Shown here: positions 55,589 through 64,000 of the stretch, one piece after another
How positions within the stretch are numbered: the first letter of the stretch is position 1
How the letters are laid out: each line of letters opens with the position of its first letter
NCBI GenBank assembly: GCA_944381825.1
Contig: CALWMK010000001.1
Location: forward strand, 13,598 to 77,597
Direction of reading: 5' to 3'
Origin: an uncultured Clostridia bacterium
GTDB taxonomy: Bacteria > Bacillota > Clostridia > Christensenellales > UBA1242
Length of the DNA: 64,000 bases
Program-made: the position numbers and the translations under genes
The notes under the pieces: model-generated
What the model saw: the letters and a program-made list of their open reading frames with translations, nothing else
Database searches by the model: none
Told to the model about the DNA's origin: nothing

Positions 55589-57111
55589 GCAACAACTCCA
55601 ATAACCAGTTGCGGAGCCGAAATTTCAACATCACCTTCTGTTTCAGTTATAAAAGAAATTTGAACCATTTCTCCTCTAACATTTGTTTTAACACGCTGAG
55701 TTGTTTCACTTCCGCGTACTAAATACTGTTTTTCTTCCTTATCAGTTTTTATTTTTATAATACAATCACTTTTTGTTTTTATTAAAACCTCTTTAACAAT
55801 TTTAACTTGATTTGGATATCCCAAATTACTAAAAGGTGAAATCCATTCTTTTTTGAGTATCTGACCAAAAATTTTACCATCATGCGTTAGTTGTCCAAAT
55901 TTGTTCCCATGTTCACCATTGAAACATGCAATAAGTTTAGAAAATTTATCTTCTTCAACTGCAATCATACTAAGGATGTCAACACCTCTAAGCAAATTAA
56001 TTTCACCAGTGTTAAGGTCTAACTCAATAAGTGCATTGTTTGTATAACCCTCTTCATAGGCTTCACATCCAATTAATTGGTCGTCTCCAAAATCTAATCT
56101 ACATGCAAGATAATACTTGTTGTTGTAAAACACACTGCAACACTTTTCGTTATTAATGTTTTCAAACATACTTTCAATATTGAGAGTAATTCTGTTTGTT
56201 GAATAGCCATCAAAAGAATGCAATCCATCTCTTGCTAAAAAAATTATTCTATCTCCACAACTAGTTACTGAATTCCCATAAATTTTTGAAGATGAAATAA
56301 ACAATTGGCTGACTGAAAATTCACTTTGATCTCCATAAGCTGAAACCTTTGACACCCCATAATCTCTAAAGACATAAACATAATCATTGAATGAAACAAT
56401 TTTATTAATGCTTCCTCTTTCATCATGCATTTCAATAAATCCGCCCGCATCAAGGCTTACATCCCAATCCGTTGGATCAAGATTAGCACTAAACATAAGA
56501 GTTTTTCGATCTCCTTCTAAAATTGCAAAAAGTCTTTCATAATGTAAACAAATACTAACCAGCTGTGGTGCATTTTCAATGATTTCAGTGCCATCATAAC
56601 TGTGAAAAACAATTATTTTCTGTTCGTTAGGGACAATAATAATCAAGCAATCATCTCCATTTAAATGATAATTGATTCCCAACAAATCGCCGTCAAAAGT
56701 TTTTTCATCGAAAAACATATCAAAAAATGCAGTTCCTTGTGCCACTGTTTGAAAAAAATAAATATGTTTTGATTTGGTCGAAAAAACAATTTTGTGTCTT
56801 GTTTCTTTTGCACTCAAATCATAATATTTAAAATGCCATAAAGCTTTAATTCCTTCCCCATTTGGAAGGGTTAATATTGTCCTTTCAGTGCCATCATTGT
56901 ATTTTTTTGGAAATGTCGCAAGTTCAAAACCAAGACCATTTTTTAAAGCACCATTTTTAACTGTGTAATTGTAGACAACTTTTCCATATTTAAGCGGAAG
57001 CAAATTATCATCTATTTCACAATTCATTCCGTTTGCAAAAGCAGTATAGGAGAGCTTATAGTTGTTCATTTTTTTGAGCAAAAGCTTTTTGGGATAAAAC
57101 ATTAAATCCAC
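55585..57111 (-). CDS. Phage structural protein, 508 aa, beta-rich (position equivalent to a podoviral tail hub such as P22 gp10).
   Basis: Repeated beta-strand blades (YVYVFRDYGVSKV, DRIIFLARDGLHSFDG, KYYLACRL). No Walker A motif. Confidence 0.45.
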   Translation of the reverse strand: MDLMFYPKKLLLKKMNNYKLSYTAFANGMNCEIDDNLLPLKYGKVVYNYTVKNGALKNGLGFELATFPKKYNDGTERTILTLPNGEGIKALWHFKYYDLSAKETRHKIVFSTKSKHIYFFQTVAQGTAFFDMFFDEKTFDGDLLGINYHLNGDDCLIIIVPNEQKIIVFHSYDGTEIIENAPQLVSICLHYERLFAILEGDRKTLMFSANLDPTDWDVSLDAGGFIEMHDERGSINKIVSFNDYVYVFRDYGVSKVSAYGDQSEFSVSQLFISSSKIYGNSVTSCGDRIIFLARDGLHSFDGYSTNRITLNIESMFENINNEKCCSVFYNNKYYLACRLDFGDDQLIGCEAYEEGYTNNALIELDLNTGEINLLRGVDILSMIAVEEDKFSKLIACFNGEHGNKFGQLTHDGKIFGQILKKEWISPFSNLGYPNQVKIVKEVLIKTKSDCIIKIKTDKEEKQYLVRGSETTQRVKTNVRGEMVQISFITETEGDVEISAPQLVIGVVA

Positions 57112-57686
57112 CTCCTAGACGGAAGTTTAATCTCATATTTTTTTCTCACAATGTTTTTAAGCGAATCTTTATATCTAGCCTCCCAAATATATGCCTCATC
57201 ACTAAGACTTGAAATGAAACTATACTCCATTGCCACTCCATAAGCAAGTACTCTTTTTGGCAATTTACCACCATAATTAAAAATTGTAGAAGTTTTCGAT
57301 AAAACATCTGGTTCATATGTATATCTTATTTTAACCTTTTCATGATTTGCGTTTAAAAGAATATAATCTGGAAACAGCTTAAATCCTATTCTATTCCCAT
57401 CAACAGACATGATTTTTTGAACTTCTTGAATGCTTTTAGAAAGTTTTACTAACATTATCTTTCCTTCGTTTGGTGTCACTTCTTCTTCAAAAACAAGAGG
57501 CAAATATTCAGCAGAAATTTCTTGATAAACCAAATTTAAACATTGAAGAAGCTTTTCAATTTCCTGTTCTCTATCCGAACTTGCCACGTAATCTTCACCA
57601 ACCTCATCTAAAAAATAAGCATCTTCTAAAAGTTCTTCCTTATTCAAAAATAAAATTGCTGTTTTTAAAATATCTTTTACATCCAT
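57102..57686 (-). CDS. Putative head-to-tail adaptor, 194 aa.
   Basis: Called on position after the coat gene and on size only. Confidence 0.4.
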   Translation of the reverse strand: MDVKDILKTAILFLNKEELLEDAYFLDEVGEDYVASSDREQEIEKLLQCLNLVYQEISAEYLPLVFEEEVTPNEGKIMLVKLSKSIQEVQKIMSVDGNRIGFKLFPDYILLNANHEKVKIRYTYEPDVLSKTSTIFNYGGKLPKRVLAYGVAMEYSFISSLSDEAYIWEARYKDSLKNIVRKKYEIKLPSRRWI

Positions 57687-57931
57687 TTATTTTCTCCTTT
57701 CAATTCTTCAAAGAGTTTATCTTTATTTTGTTTTCTAGTTTTTAATGTTTTTTCTATTGCTCTATAGTCAAGCCTATCTTCAAAAGACAAACAATAGCTA
57801 GTGTGCGCTTGATTTTTACAATGAAGCTCAAAACGACCACTGTCTAAGTTATATAAAACAAAATAATCCGAATCAATTTGTTTCAGTCTTGAAACAATGT
57901 CAAAAACATCGTCTTTAATTTCAATTTTCAT
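57677..57931 (-). CDS. Small phage protein, 84 aa.
   Basis: The start is moved to MKIEIKDD (ATG 57929-57931), which has a GGAG RBS. Confidence 0.5.
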   Translation of the reverse strand: MKIEIKDDVFDIVSRLKQIDSDYFVLYNLDSGRFELHCKNQAHTSYCLSFEDRLDYRAIEKTLKTRKQNKDKLFEELKGENKWM

Positions 57932-58002
57932 ACTCTTCTCCGAATTATTTAAAATCAAAGATAGGATGAAGAATCCTATCTTTAATTTTAGATTTAATAA
58001 TG

Positions 58003-59244
58003 TTAATTAGATTCATTTGTGCTAATGTTGTTTTCAACAGTTACATTTGGAATAAATGGATTTGTAACAGTAGAAGAAATGTTCTTAATAAGCGCTTGAC
58101 CACAAGGTCTGTCACAAATTAAGTCAGCATATTTCACTAAAGTAGCACTATAGGTTGGAAACCCAGCATTTTGTTTTATAACTCTGCCATCTTCACCTTC
58201 AAGCCATTTCCAATCACAAAGTTGATGCATGGTAAAGTCATTTGTGTTAAGCAAGTACATGCTACCCTCTGGAGCAAATCTATCAGCAACAACTGGAATG
58301 CCATTATAAGTTATTGCTTTATATCCACCAGCTAATTCCATTATGTCAATATTTCTTCTGTATGCACCAAGATATTCTTGATATGCTCTTCTTACCGCAC
58401 TTGAACATGCAATATAATTAATTTGACTTCCACATGCCTCCTCAATATAGTCAACAGCACCTTGGATTAGTTGGTCAGAAATTTCAGTTGTAGTATCACT
58501 AACATAAGGCTTTAGCCATTTATATGTAGATTTTGACAATCCATAAATGGTTCCAGTTGTAGAAAAAATACTTCCCAAACCTGTTATTTCATGATCTTTA
58601 GAACCTTGAACATAAACAGCATCTCCACTTTTTAATGTTGATGCTTGGAAGGATGTTGGGAAATTAACAAAAAATTCTTTTGCACTTCTGTCAACATAAG
58701 AAATTCTAAGTCCTGTTGCTCCAGTAACAGGTGTATCACCACTGTAAAAATCAACAACCATTCCTTCAATTAAATTTCTAACACTATCTACTTTAACAGC
58801 CAAAGTGCCACTTGTAACTGATGCAATAGTTGCAAGTTTACCTGTTCCATCGCCATAAAGCATTCTTCCAAAATTAAAGCTACTAGCTTTTATAAGTCCT
58901 TCCATTTCATCATTTAATAGATTAACAAAAGCACCAGCATTATTTTGAGAAGCTCTTATTGCTTTATCAGAAATTTCAAGTCTTCCATAAAGGTTTTTTA
59001 AAGTTGTTTTAAATTGAACATAATTGTTCGCTGCGGCTGTTGGAAGGGCATCTGTTTCACCACCAGCTCCAATACCACCATTAATTCCATATGGAGCAAG
59101 TTTAATTATTTCTTTTCCCCATACATCTTGAGTTGTGTGTTTTATCTTGGCAAGAAGTGGATTTGCATTTATATTAAGTTGATTTGCAACCACGCCAAGA
59201 TAAACCGATTTTAATGCATTGTCTGCACTTGTCAAAGTTACCAT
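58003..59244 (-). CDS. Putative major capsid protein, 413 aa.
   Basis: It follows the portal and scaffold genes, has a coat-typical size, and is Gly/Ala/Thr-rich in composition. Confidence 0.6.
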   Translation of the reverse strand: MVTLTSADNALKSVYLGVVANQLNINANPLLAKIKHTTQDVWGKEIIKLAPYGINGGIGAGGETDALPTAAANNYVQFKTTLKNLYGRLEISDKAIRASQNNAGAFVNLLNDEMEGLIKASSFNFGRMLYGDGTGKLATIASVTSGTLAVKVDSVRNLIEGMVVDFYSGDTPVTGATGLRISYVDRSAKEFFVNFPTSFQASTLKSGDAVYVQGSKDHEITGLGSIFSTTGTIYGLSKSTYKWLKPYVSDTTTEISDQLIQGAVDYIEEACGSQINYIACSSAVRRAYQEYLGAYRRNIDIMELAGGYKAITYNGIPVVADRFAPEGSMYLLNTNDFTMHQLCDWKWLEGEDGRVIKQNAGFPTYSATLVKYADLICDRPCGQALIKNISSTVTNPFIPNVTVENNISTNESN

Positions 59245-59258
59245 TTTAAAATCTCCTT

Positions 59259-59897
59259 CTAGTTAAATAATTTTCTAACAATTTCTTTAGCTTCCGAAAG
59301 AGTTTTTGCAGCTTGAGGTTTATATAGCCCTGTCATTCCGCCTTTCATTGAAGAGCTCAAAACTGTAGGGGCCTGTTGAATTTGATTTGCAACATTTTTT
59401 AAAACGGCATTTTTTACTTTTTCGTTATTTAAAACATATTGTTGTAAAAAATCATCATTTTCAACAAGTTTCTCAGGCGCAATATAATTCTTTGAAGCCA
59501 CCTTTGCCCAAGCAAGTTCAAGGGCATTATCTTTTTTAGCCAAAGCGTCATCTTCTATGAGTTTGTTTGCAATTTGCGAAGAAAATGCCTTTGCATCTTC
59601 GTTTTTTTCAAAAAAATCACTTACTTTGCTTTCCCAATCATCTCTAGTATATATTGGTGCCTTTTCTTCCTCAGCGCAAATCTCACTTTTGAGTTTGCTT
59701 AGACTTTGACACTTCTTAGTAAACTCAGCCTGCAAATTGTTATAGGCCTTTAGTAAACTTTCCGCATCTTTAAATTTTCCTAGGGAGCCTTCCAAAGCTT
59801 TCTCATCAACTTCATTCACTAGCTCATGCTCTTCCATATTTATGGATGGTGATGGCTCAGCATTGGAAAGTTGTTCCCTATCTTCTTGTAAATCCAT
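59259..59897 (-). CDS. Putative scaffolding protein, 212 aa.
   Basis: Acidic, helical, low-complexity protein between the portal and coat genes. Confidence 0.55.
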   Translation of the reverse strand: MDLQEDREQLSNAEPSPSINMEEHELVNEVDEKALEGSLGKFKDAESLLKAYNNLQAEFTKKCQSLSKLKSEICAEEEKAPIYTRDDWESKVSDFFEKNEDAKAFSSQIANKLIEDDALAKKDNALELAWAKVASKNYIAPEKLVENDDFLQQYVLNNEKVKNAVLKNVANQIQQAPTVLSSSMKGGMTGLYKPQAAKTLSEAKEIVRKLFN

Positions 59898-59899
59898 TA

Positions 59900-61804
59900 T
59901 TATTCTCCTTTTTGTTCAATATCTTGTTCTATTTTTCTCATCTTTTTATGAGTTCTAATATGTTCAAGCATTTTTTCAGTCATACTCTTGTCTGCTCTTT
60001 CACCAAATTCTTTAGAAAGCATAAATGCAATATGTTCGGCAATATGAAGGTCATGTGCATCAATTTCCAAAACCTCAAGTTTTTTACCCTCTAAAAAAGC
60101 CAAATTTTCACTTGATGCTTTTTTAGTATGAAGTTCATTTAAATCTTGAGAATTTTCCCAAATTCCAAAACCTAAAAGATCTAATGCTTTAACACGCATA
60201 CGATTTGATAATTTTCCATTTTCATCATATAACAAACCCGCATTCAAAAGATCGAAAACCATTGTTCTTCTTTGTGCCAATGTTTCGGTTATATCATTTT
60301 GTGTTTCAAAAATTACATCATCACTAGTAATATCACTTGAATTGAAATAAAAAACTTCAATATCACCATTATCACCAACAACTTTGCAAAGTCTTGGTGC
60401 ACTTGCAAATTGTTTATATAATCTTAAAATGTGTTGAGCTAACGATTTTATGGCATCACGAATTTGCTCTGCAGTAGTAGAAAGCCTTGTTTCGTCCTGT
60501 TCGATTAAAAGTTGTAGCGCAACACCACTAATGTTTGAACTAAAAGCAGACTGATCACGAATTAAATCGCTTACTCCACTAATTAACATGATTTCATTTA
60601 AAAGTTTATCTTCTTCATAAGAAAAATCAAGTGGCACTGATGTGTTAGCCATATATTTTGGCGCTTGTGAACCTTGTCTGTAAACCAAAACCTTACCAGG
60701 ACTAAGGCCATCTTCCTCCAAATTATCTATGTCCACTGACCCATCTTCAACAGTTAATATTCCCATTGACAATCTATTCAAATATTCATGTTTTCTATTT
60801 TTAATTGTGTTATAAGCTCTTTGCACAGGGATAATTCTATCTATAACACTATTGCCCCAAAAACAACCCAAGTTTTCACAAGATACTTGTTTAATAAAAG
60901 GATATCCTCTTTCGCCATCAACTCCATTTTTAAACGGAAGTTCATCGACATGCAAAAGTTTGTCCCCCGCAATTATAATAAGTCTTCCATTTGGAAATTC
61001 CAAACTAGGCAGTTCATATTTTTCTATTACAATCGCATGATTTTCCCTTGTTGTTTTCATGATTTTGTTTGTGTAACCATTATAATCTAAGCCATATATG
61101 GTTTTATTTGTGGCATCTAAAGTAAATACATTGACCTCTTCACCCTCAACCTCAATTCCCCAAATATTTTTTATAACATCCACATGATAAGCTTTTGCAT
61201 GAATAATACTTCTATTATCTTCCAAGTTCTCACAATTTGACGACTCAGGATAAATTTCAAAAGGAGATAAGACATCAATTTCCACATCACCAATTTTTTT
61301 ATTAGTGTCACCAAGTTCATTCCCTAAATTATTATTCCAAATAACTTTATAAAAACTTGTTCCACAAATTTCACTCCATCTTGTCGCCTCATTGATTTTA
61401 CTGCTTATAAGTGCCTTACTATAAACAGAACTCACAATTTTTTTGGAAAGTTTTGCAGTTTTTAAATCTTTTTCATCATTTGAAGCAGGAGCAATAGCCA
61501 TAGAAGGTCTAACTCTTTGAAGCTTCGCAAGTCTGATTTCCACAATAGGCGCAATTTGATTGTAAACCTCGCGTTCCTGCCAAAAAAATTGTTTTTCAAA
61601 CTCTTCAATTTCTCCTGTGTTTCCTATGGAGCAATATTGATTACCCATTAAGAAATTCATATTTAATTGCCATTGTGATTCAAAACTACGCCTTTCAAAT
61701 TGTCTTCTTTCAAAGTCCTTTTTAACTTCATCAACAAGTTTTTTTTCAAAATCTCCCTCATCTATTACACTCAAAATATGATTATTCGACTTCATCTTTT
61801 GCAT
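59900..61804 (-). CDS. Phage portal protein, 634 aa.
   Basis: ESQWQLNMNFLMGNQY near the N-terminus and a GVALQLLIEQDETRL stem-like segment, both typical of portal proteins. Confidence 0.7.
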   Translation of the reverse strand: MQKMKSNNHILSVIDEGDFEKKLVDEVKKDFERRQFERRSFESQWQLNMNFLMGNQYCSIGNTGEIEEFEKQFFWQEREVYNQIAPIVEIRLAKLQRVRPSMAIAPASNDEKDLKTAKLSKKIVSSVYSKALISSKINEATRWSEICGTSFYKVIWNNNLGNELGDTNKKIGDVEIDVLSPFEIYPESSNCENLEDNRSIIHAKAYHVDVIKNIWGIEVEGEEVNVFTLDATNKTIYGLDYNGYTNKIMKTTRENHAIVIEKYELPSLEFPNGRLIIIAGDKLLHVDELPFKNGVDGERGYPFIKQVSCENLGCFWGNSVIDRIIPVQRAYNTIKNRKHEYLNRLSMGILTVEDGSVDIDNLEEDGLSPGKVLVYRQGSQAPKYMANTSVPLDFSYEEDKLLNEIMLISGVSDLIRDQSAFSSNISGVALQLLIEQDETRLSTTAEQIRDAIKSLAQHILRLYKQFASAPRLCKVVGDNGDIEVFYFNSSDITSDDVIFETQNDITETLAQRRTMVFDLLNAGLLYDENGKLSNRMRVKALDLLGFGIWENSQDLNELHTKKASSENLAFLEGKKLEVLEIDAHDLHIAEHIAFMLSKEFGERADKSMTEKMLEHIRTHKKMRKIEQDIEQKGE

Positions 61805-62019
61805 TATAATTTATCTCCTTTTTTAAACGGGGTTTTTATTGCCTTTGGAACAAGATTTTTTCCTATTTCTAGATAAAGTCCATTTAGGCATTCTTTGCAA
61901 AAATGCATCTTGTTTGCAAAAAATTTGTTTGTTTGAACACTAAATTCAGCATAATTTTTACATCCATAAAAATCACACTTAATCTTTTTTTCACATTTTT
62001 CAATCTTCATCTTCTTCAA
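61804..62019 (-). CDS. Zinc-ribbon protein, 71 aa, sitting where a large terminase would be expected.
   Basis: C..C.....C pairs (CDFYGC ... CKEC). Its TAA overlaps the portal ATG. Confidence 0.55.
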   Translation of the reverse strand: MKKMKIEKCEKKIKCDFYGCKNYAEFSVQTNKFFANKMHFCKECLNGLYLEIGKNLVPKAIKTPFKKGDKL

Positions 62020-62290
62020 ACTCCTTTAGCTGTTTTAGTAATCTTTGTCTTTCTCTTAAAAGTTCTTCTTTAGTCATAGTAGAAATTTCATTTCCCTTAT
62101 ATTTTTCTAATAAAACCTTTGCAGAAGACAAATCGGGTGGAACAAATTTTTTTGTAACCTTTTTTTTTATTAATTTTTCTTCACCCGCCTCATCAACGGT
62201 ATATTCTTCAACAACTTCGTCAAGATTATATCCCATTGCTTTTTTTGCTAATGCCTTTTCAATTTCCACATCAAGTTTATTTTTTTTCAT
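62000..62290 (-). CDS. Small terminase-like / DNA-binding protein, 96 aa.
   Basis: It is the first gene of the late operon. KKFVPPDLSSAKVLLEKYKG resembles the remembered small-terminase motif (..PPD..A..fwLkn). Confidence 0.4.
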   Translation of the reverse strand: MKKNKLDVEIEKALAKKAMGYNLDEVVEEYTVDEAGEEKLIKKKVTKKFVPPDLSSAKVLLEKYKGNEISTMTKEELLRERQRLLKQLKEFEEDED

Positions 62291-62327
62291 GTTGTCACCC
62301 TTTCAAGAAATTGTTTTCAAGCCAAAC

Positions 62328-62363
62328 AAAAAGAGCCACAGCTTAAAGCAATGCCTCTTTTTT
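62328..62363 (-). terminator. Terminator-like hairpin in the leader of the late operon.
   Basis: On the minus strand: AAAAAGAG...CTCTTTTT stem followed by GTTT, located between the putative promoter and the first ATG (62290). Confidence 0.45.
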
Positions 62364-62411
62364 ATAAAAATACTAAATAACTTTTGCTAGCACTTTATTT
62401 AATACGCATTC

Positions 62412-62441
62412 ATTGTACATATGACAATTTGACAATTTCAA
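62412..62441 (-). promoter_or_regulatory. Putative late-operon promoter (TTGAAA, 18 nt spacer, TACAAT) with a tandem AATTGTCA AATTGTCA repeat (62422-62437) in the spacer.
   Basis: The hexamers and the direct repeat were read directly. Confidence 0.4.
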
Positions 62442-62466
62442 GTTTTTATGCCAACTTTTTTTAATT

Positions 62467-62494
62467 TTTACAAAAAAATTTTGAGATTTATAAT
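62467..62494 (+). promoter_or_regulatory. Putative rightward promoter: TTTACA, 16 nt spacer, TATAAT.
   Basis: Consensus -10 at 62489-62494, about 80 nt upstream of the 62573 ATG. Confidence 0.5.
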
Positions 62495-62572
62495 ATTTTT
62501 TTAATTTTGGCTATTGAAATTAAAAAATATTAATGATAATATATATTAAATAAATTATATGTGAGGTGAATT

Positions 62573-64000
62573 ATGATTAATAAAATGGATTATTGGTGGT
62601 ATAAAAACAAACAAAACAGAATTTCAAATAGTGAACAATCTTTTCCAAATTACACCAAATTTGAAAAAGAAATTTTAGACAAATATATTTATAATTATTA
62701 CAGCAACACAAATTTTTTAGGTATAAAAGATTTTGTTCAAGAGGAAAAACAAAAATTTCCACTCAGATTAGATAAAGATGATTCTTTTAAATACTTTAGT
62801 TATACAATGAATGCCACCCCACTTTTTGACAGCGGAATAAAACAAATTAAAAAAATGCGTTCAAAAGATATTGAAGATATAATTTATAAAGTAGCTTTGT
62901 CATATCCAGAAAAAATTTCAAGATATCTAGGAACCGACGGAACCTTTCAATTTGTTTTATTAGATGCTGACATGAATGGAAATACAATCTTAAAAATTGT
63001 TCCTGACAAGTTTATTGAAAGCAGTTACACAGCTTTTAGACCAATTTTTGTAAGAGAACATGTTGAACGAAAAAATGAAAATGGCAAATCAGAATTTGCA
63101 GACGAATATCACTTTATTAGCGAAGATGGACTTTTTTTAATTGACCAAAATAAAGTTAAAGACATTGAAGATATTAAAAAACTTATTTCTCTCAATCCAC
63201 TTTATATTGACCAAATTAATCCATTCTTTTTTTCCAATGAAGAAAATGAAAACATCATTCAACACTCAATAGATGAGTTTTTTCAAAATAAAGAAAAGGT
63301 AAATTCTCTCATCTTCTACTCTAAACCAGCATTTTCAAAAGAAGATTCAACAAAAGAAGAAATTTTAAATGAAATTTACAATCGATTAAACTTAATTATA
63401 AAAGAAAAAAAGCAAAGTATTCCATTTTTAGAAGCTTACGCAGAAAATGATTTGGTCATGACAGAAAAAAGTTATGAAGATTTAAATTTAATACCAACTT
63501 TAAAAGAAGTTGAAGAACGATACAATCCTTCTCCAAAATCCGTTCACAGAAACTATAAACTCAAAACAACTAGTTCCTTAACACGAAAATTTATGCGACT
63601 TAGATATTTAGCAAAACTAAATGAAGACATCGAAAAATATAGAGATTATATTATAAGCTTAAAAGAAGCAGTTCCAGAAGAAAATTCATATATTGCAAAC
63701 AAAAATGAAAAACTGAGAGTGTTAAGTAAAAATAAATTAATTGACAAATATGAAGAAAAAATGCTTTTAAGCGGTTATAAAAAATATAAAGGCAAACAAA
63801 TGGGGCTTTTGTCATATGTAAATGCAATGCATGGTGAACTTGATGAAAAAATAACAAAATATTTCATTCTCCCAACTTCGGCAGTGACAAAATGCATAAT
63901 TGAACATTTCGCCGATCGCAATCAAATACTTGAACAATGTGTTTTATACATTCCATCAAACGAACATTCATCAACCAGGTACGCAGCAAAACCTATGATT
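62573..64000 (+). CDS. Large orphan protein; the first 476 codons are in the window and it continues beyond the right edge.
   Basis: ATG at 62573 behind GAGGTG. I translated it codon by codon to position 64000 with no stop. It is not in the track because no stop falls in the window. I saw no Walker A, PolB or integrase motif. Confidence 0.75.
   Translation, partial: MINKMDYWWYKNKQNRISNSEQSFPNYTKFEKEILDKYIYNYYSNTNFLGIKDFVQEEKQKFPLRLDKDDSFKYFSYTMNATPLFDSGIKQIKKMRSKDIEDIIYKVALSYPEKISRYLGTDGTFQFVLLDADMNGNTILKIVPDKFIESSYTAFRPIFVREHVERKNENGKSEFADEYHFISEDGLFLIDQNKVKDIEDIKKLISLNPLYIDQINPFFFSNEENENIIQHSIDEFFQNKEKVNSLIFYSKPAFSKEDSTKEEILNEIYNRLNLIIKEKKQSIPFLEAYAENDLVMTEKSYEDLNLIPTLKEVEERYNPSPKSVHRNYKLKTTSSLTRKFMRLRYLAKLNEDIEKYRDYIISLKEAVPEENSYIANKNEKLRVLSKNKLIDKYEEKMLLSGYKKYKGKQMGLLSYVNAMHGELDEKITKYFILPTSAVTKCIIEHFADRNQILEQCVLYIPSNEHSSTRYAAKPMI

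Larger units (their letters stand above)
54001..64000. mobile_element. Prophage-like element; its right part continues beyond the window.
   Basis: Portal, scaffold, coat, connector and hub genes plus two holin genes in one tight operon, together with a divergent early-type gene. Confidence 0.7.

Noticed and set aside
1-64000. Alternative genetic code (TGA as Trp, as in Mycoplasma), CRISPR arrays, IS elements and rRNA.
   Set aside because: TGA terminates at least two well-defined genes, and long ORFs are intact under code 11. I saw no regularly spaced direct repeats, no transposase-like ORF and no rRNA-like GC-rich segment.

Overview
Visibly AT-rich chromosomal segment of a low-GC Gram-positive-type bacterium (Bacillota or wall-bearing Mollicutes relative). 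It uses the standard genetic code: TGA is a stop at 39747-39749 and 55585-55587, and Trp is TGG. Almost every gene is on the minus strand. There are four blocks. (1) 1-24.1 kb holds two tandem giant N-terminally lipidated surface proteins. One is a single 18.1-kb ORF of about 6,042 aa. The other is a paralog of at least 1,942 aa that runs off the left edge and is missing from the ORF track. Both combine Ig-like arrays, GLUG-type beta-helix cassettes and, in the large one, a glycine-rich block. (2) 24.2-45.4 kb is a housekeeping core: ttcA, spoIIID, aspS, glyA, an orphan processive GT2 synthase, asnS, tRNA-Leu(CAA), a small tRNA-adjacent islet, a PAP2 phosphatase, lysS, an SLT lytic transglycosylase, polA, acpP, an unannotated 53-aa gene, recR, ybaB, dnaX, a methyltransferase and RNase J. 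dnaX is split at an A9 run in a way that looks like a -1 recoding cassette. (3) 45.5-53.3 kb is an envelope operon: a membrane-domain::ABC-ATPase fusion, a 548-aa permease-like protein, a Big_2 protein and a 730-aa lipoprotein. (4) 54.0 to beyond 64.0 kb is a prophage-like element. Its late operon follows P22-like order (small DNA-binding protein, portal, scaffold, coat, adaptor, hub, coiled-coil needle, two holins). It has no recognisable large terminase, receptor-binding protein or endolysin in the window. A large orphan gene is transcribed divergently. I saw no CRISPR array, rRNA, T-box or IS element. The strongest candidate for something undescribed is the giant lipoprotein locus, followed by the dnaX recoding site, the terminase-less capsid module and the ABC-fusion operon. 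All functional calls rest on motif recognition by eye, with no database search.
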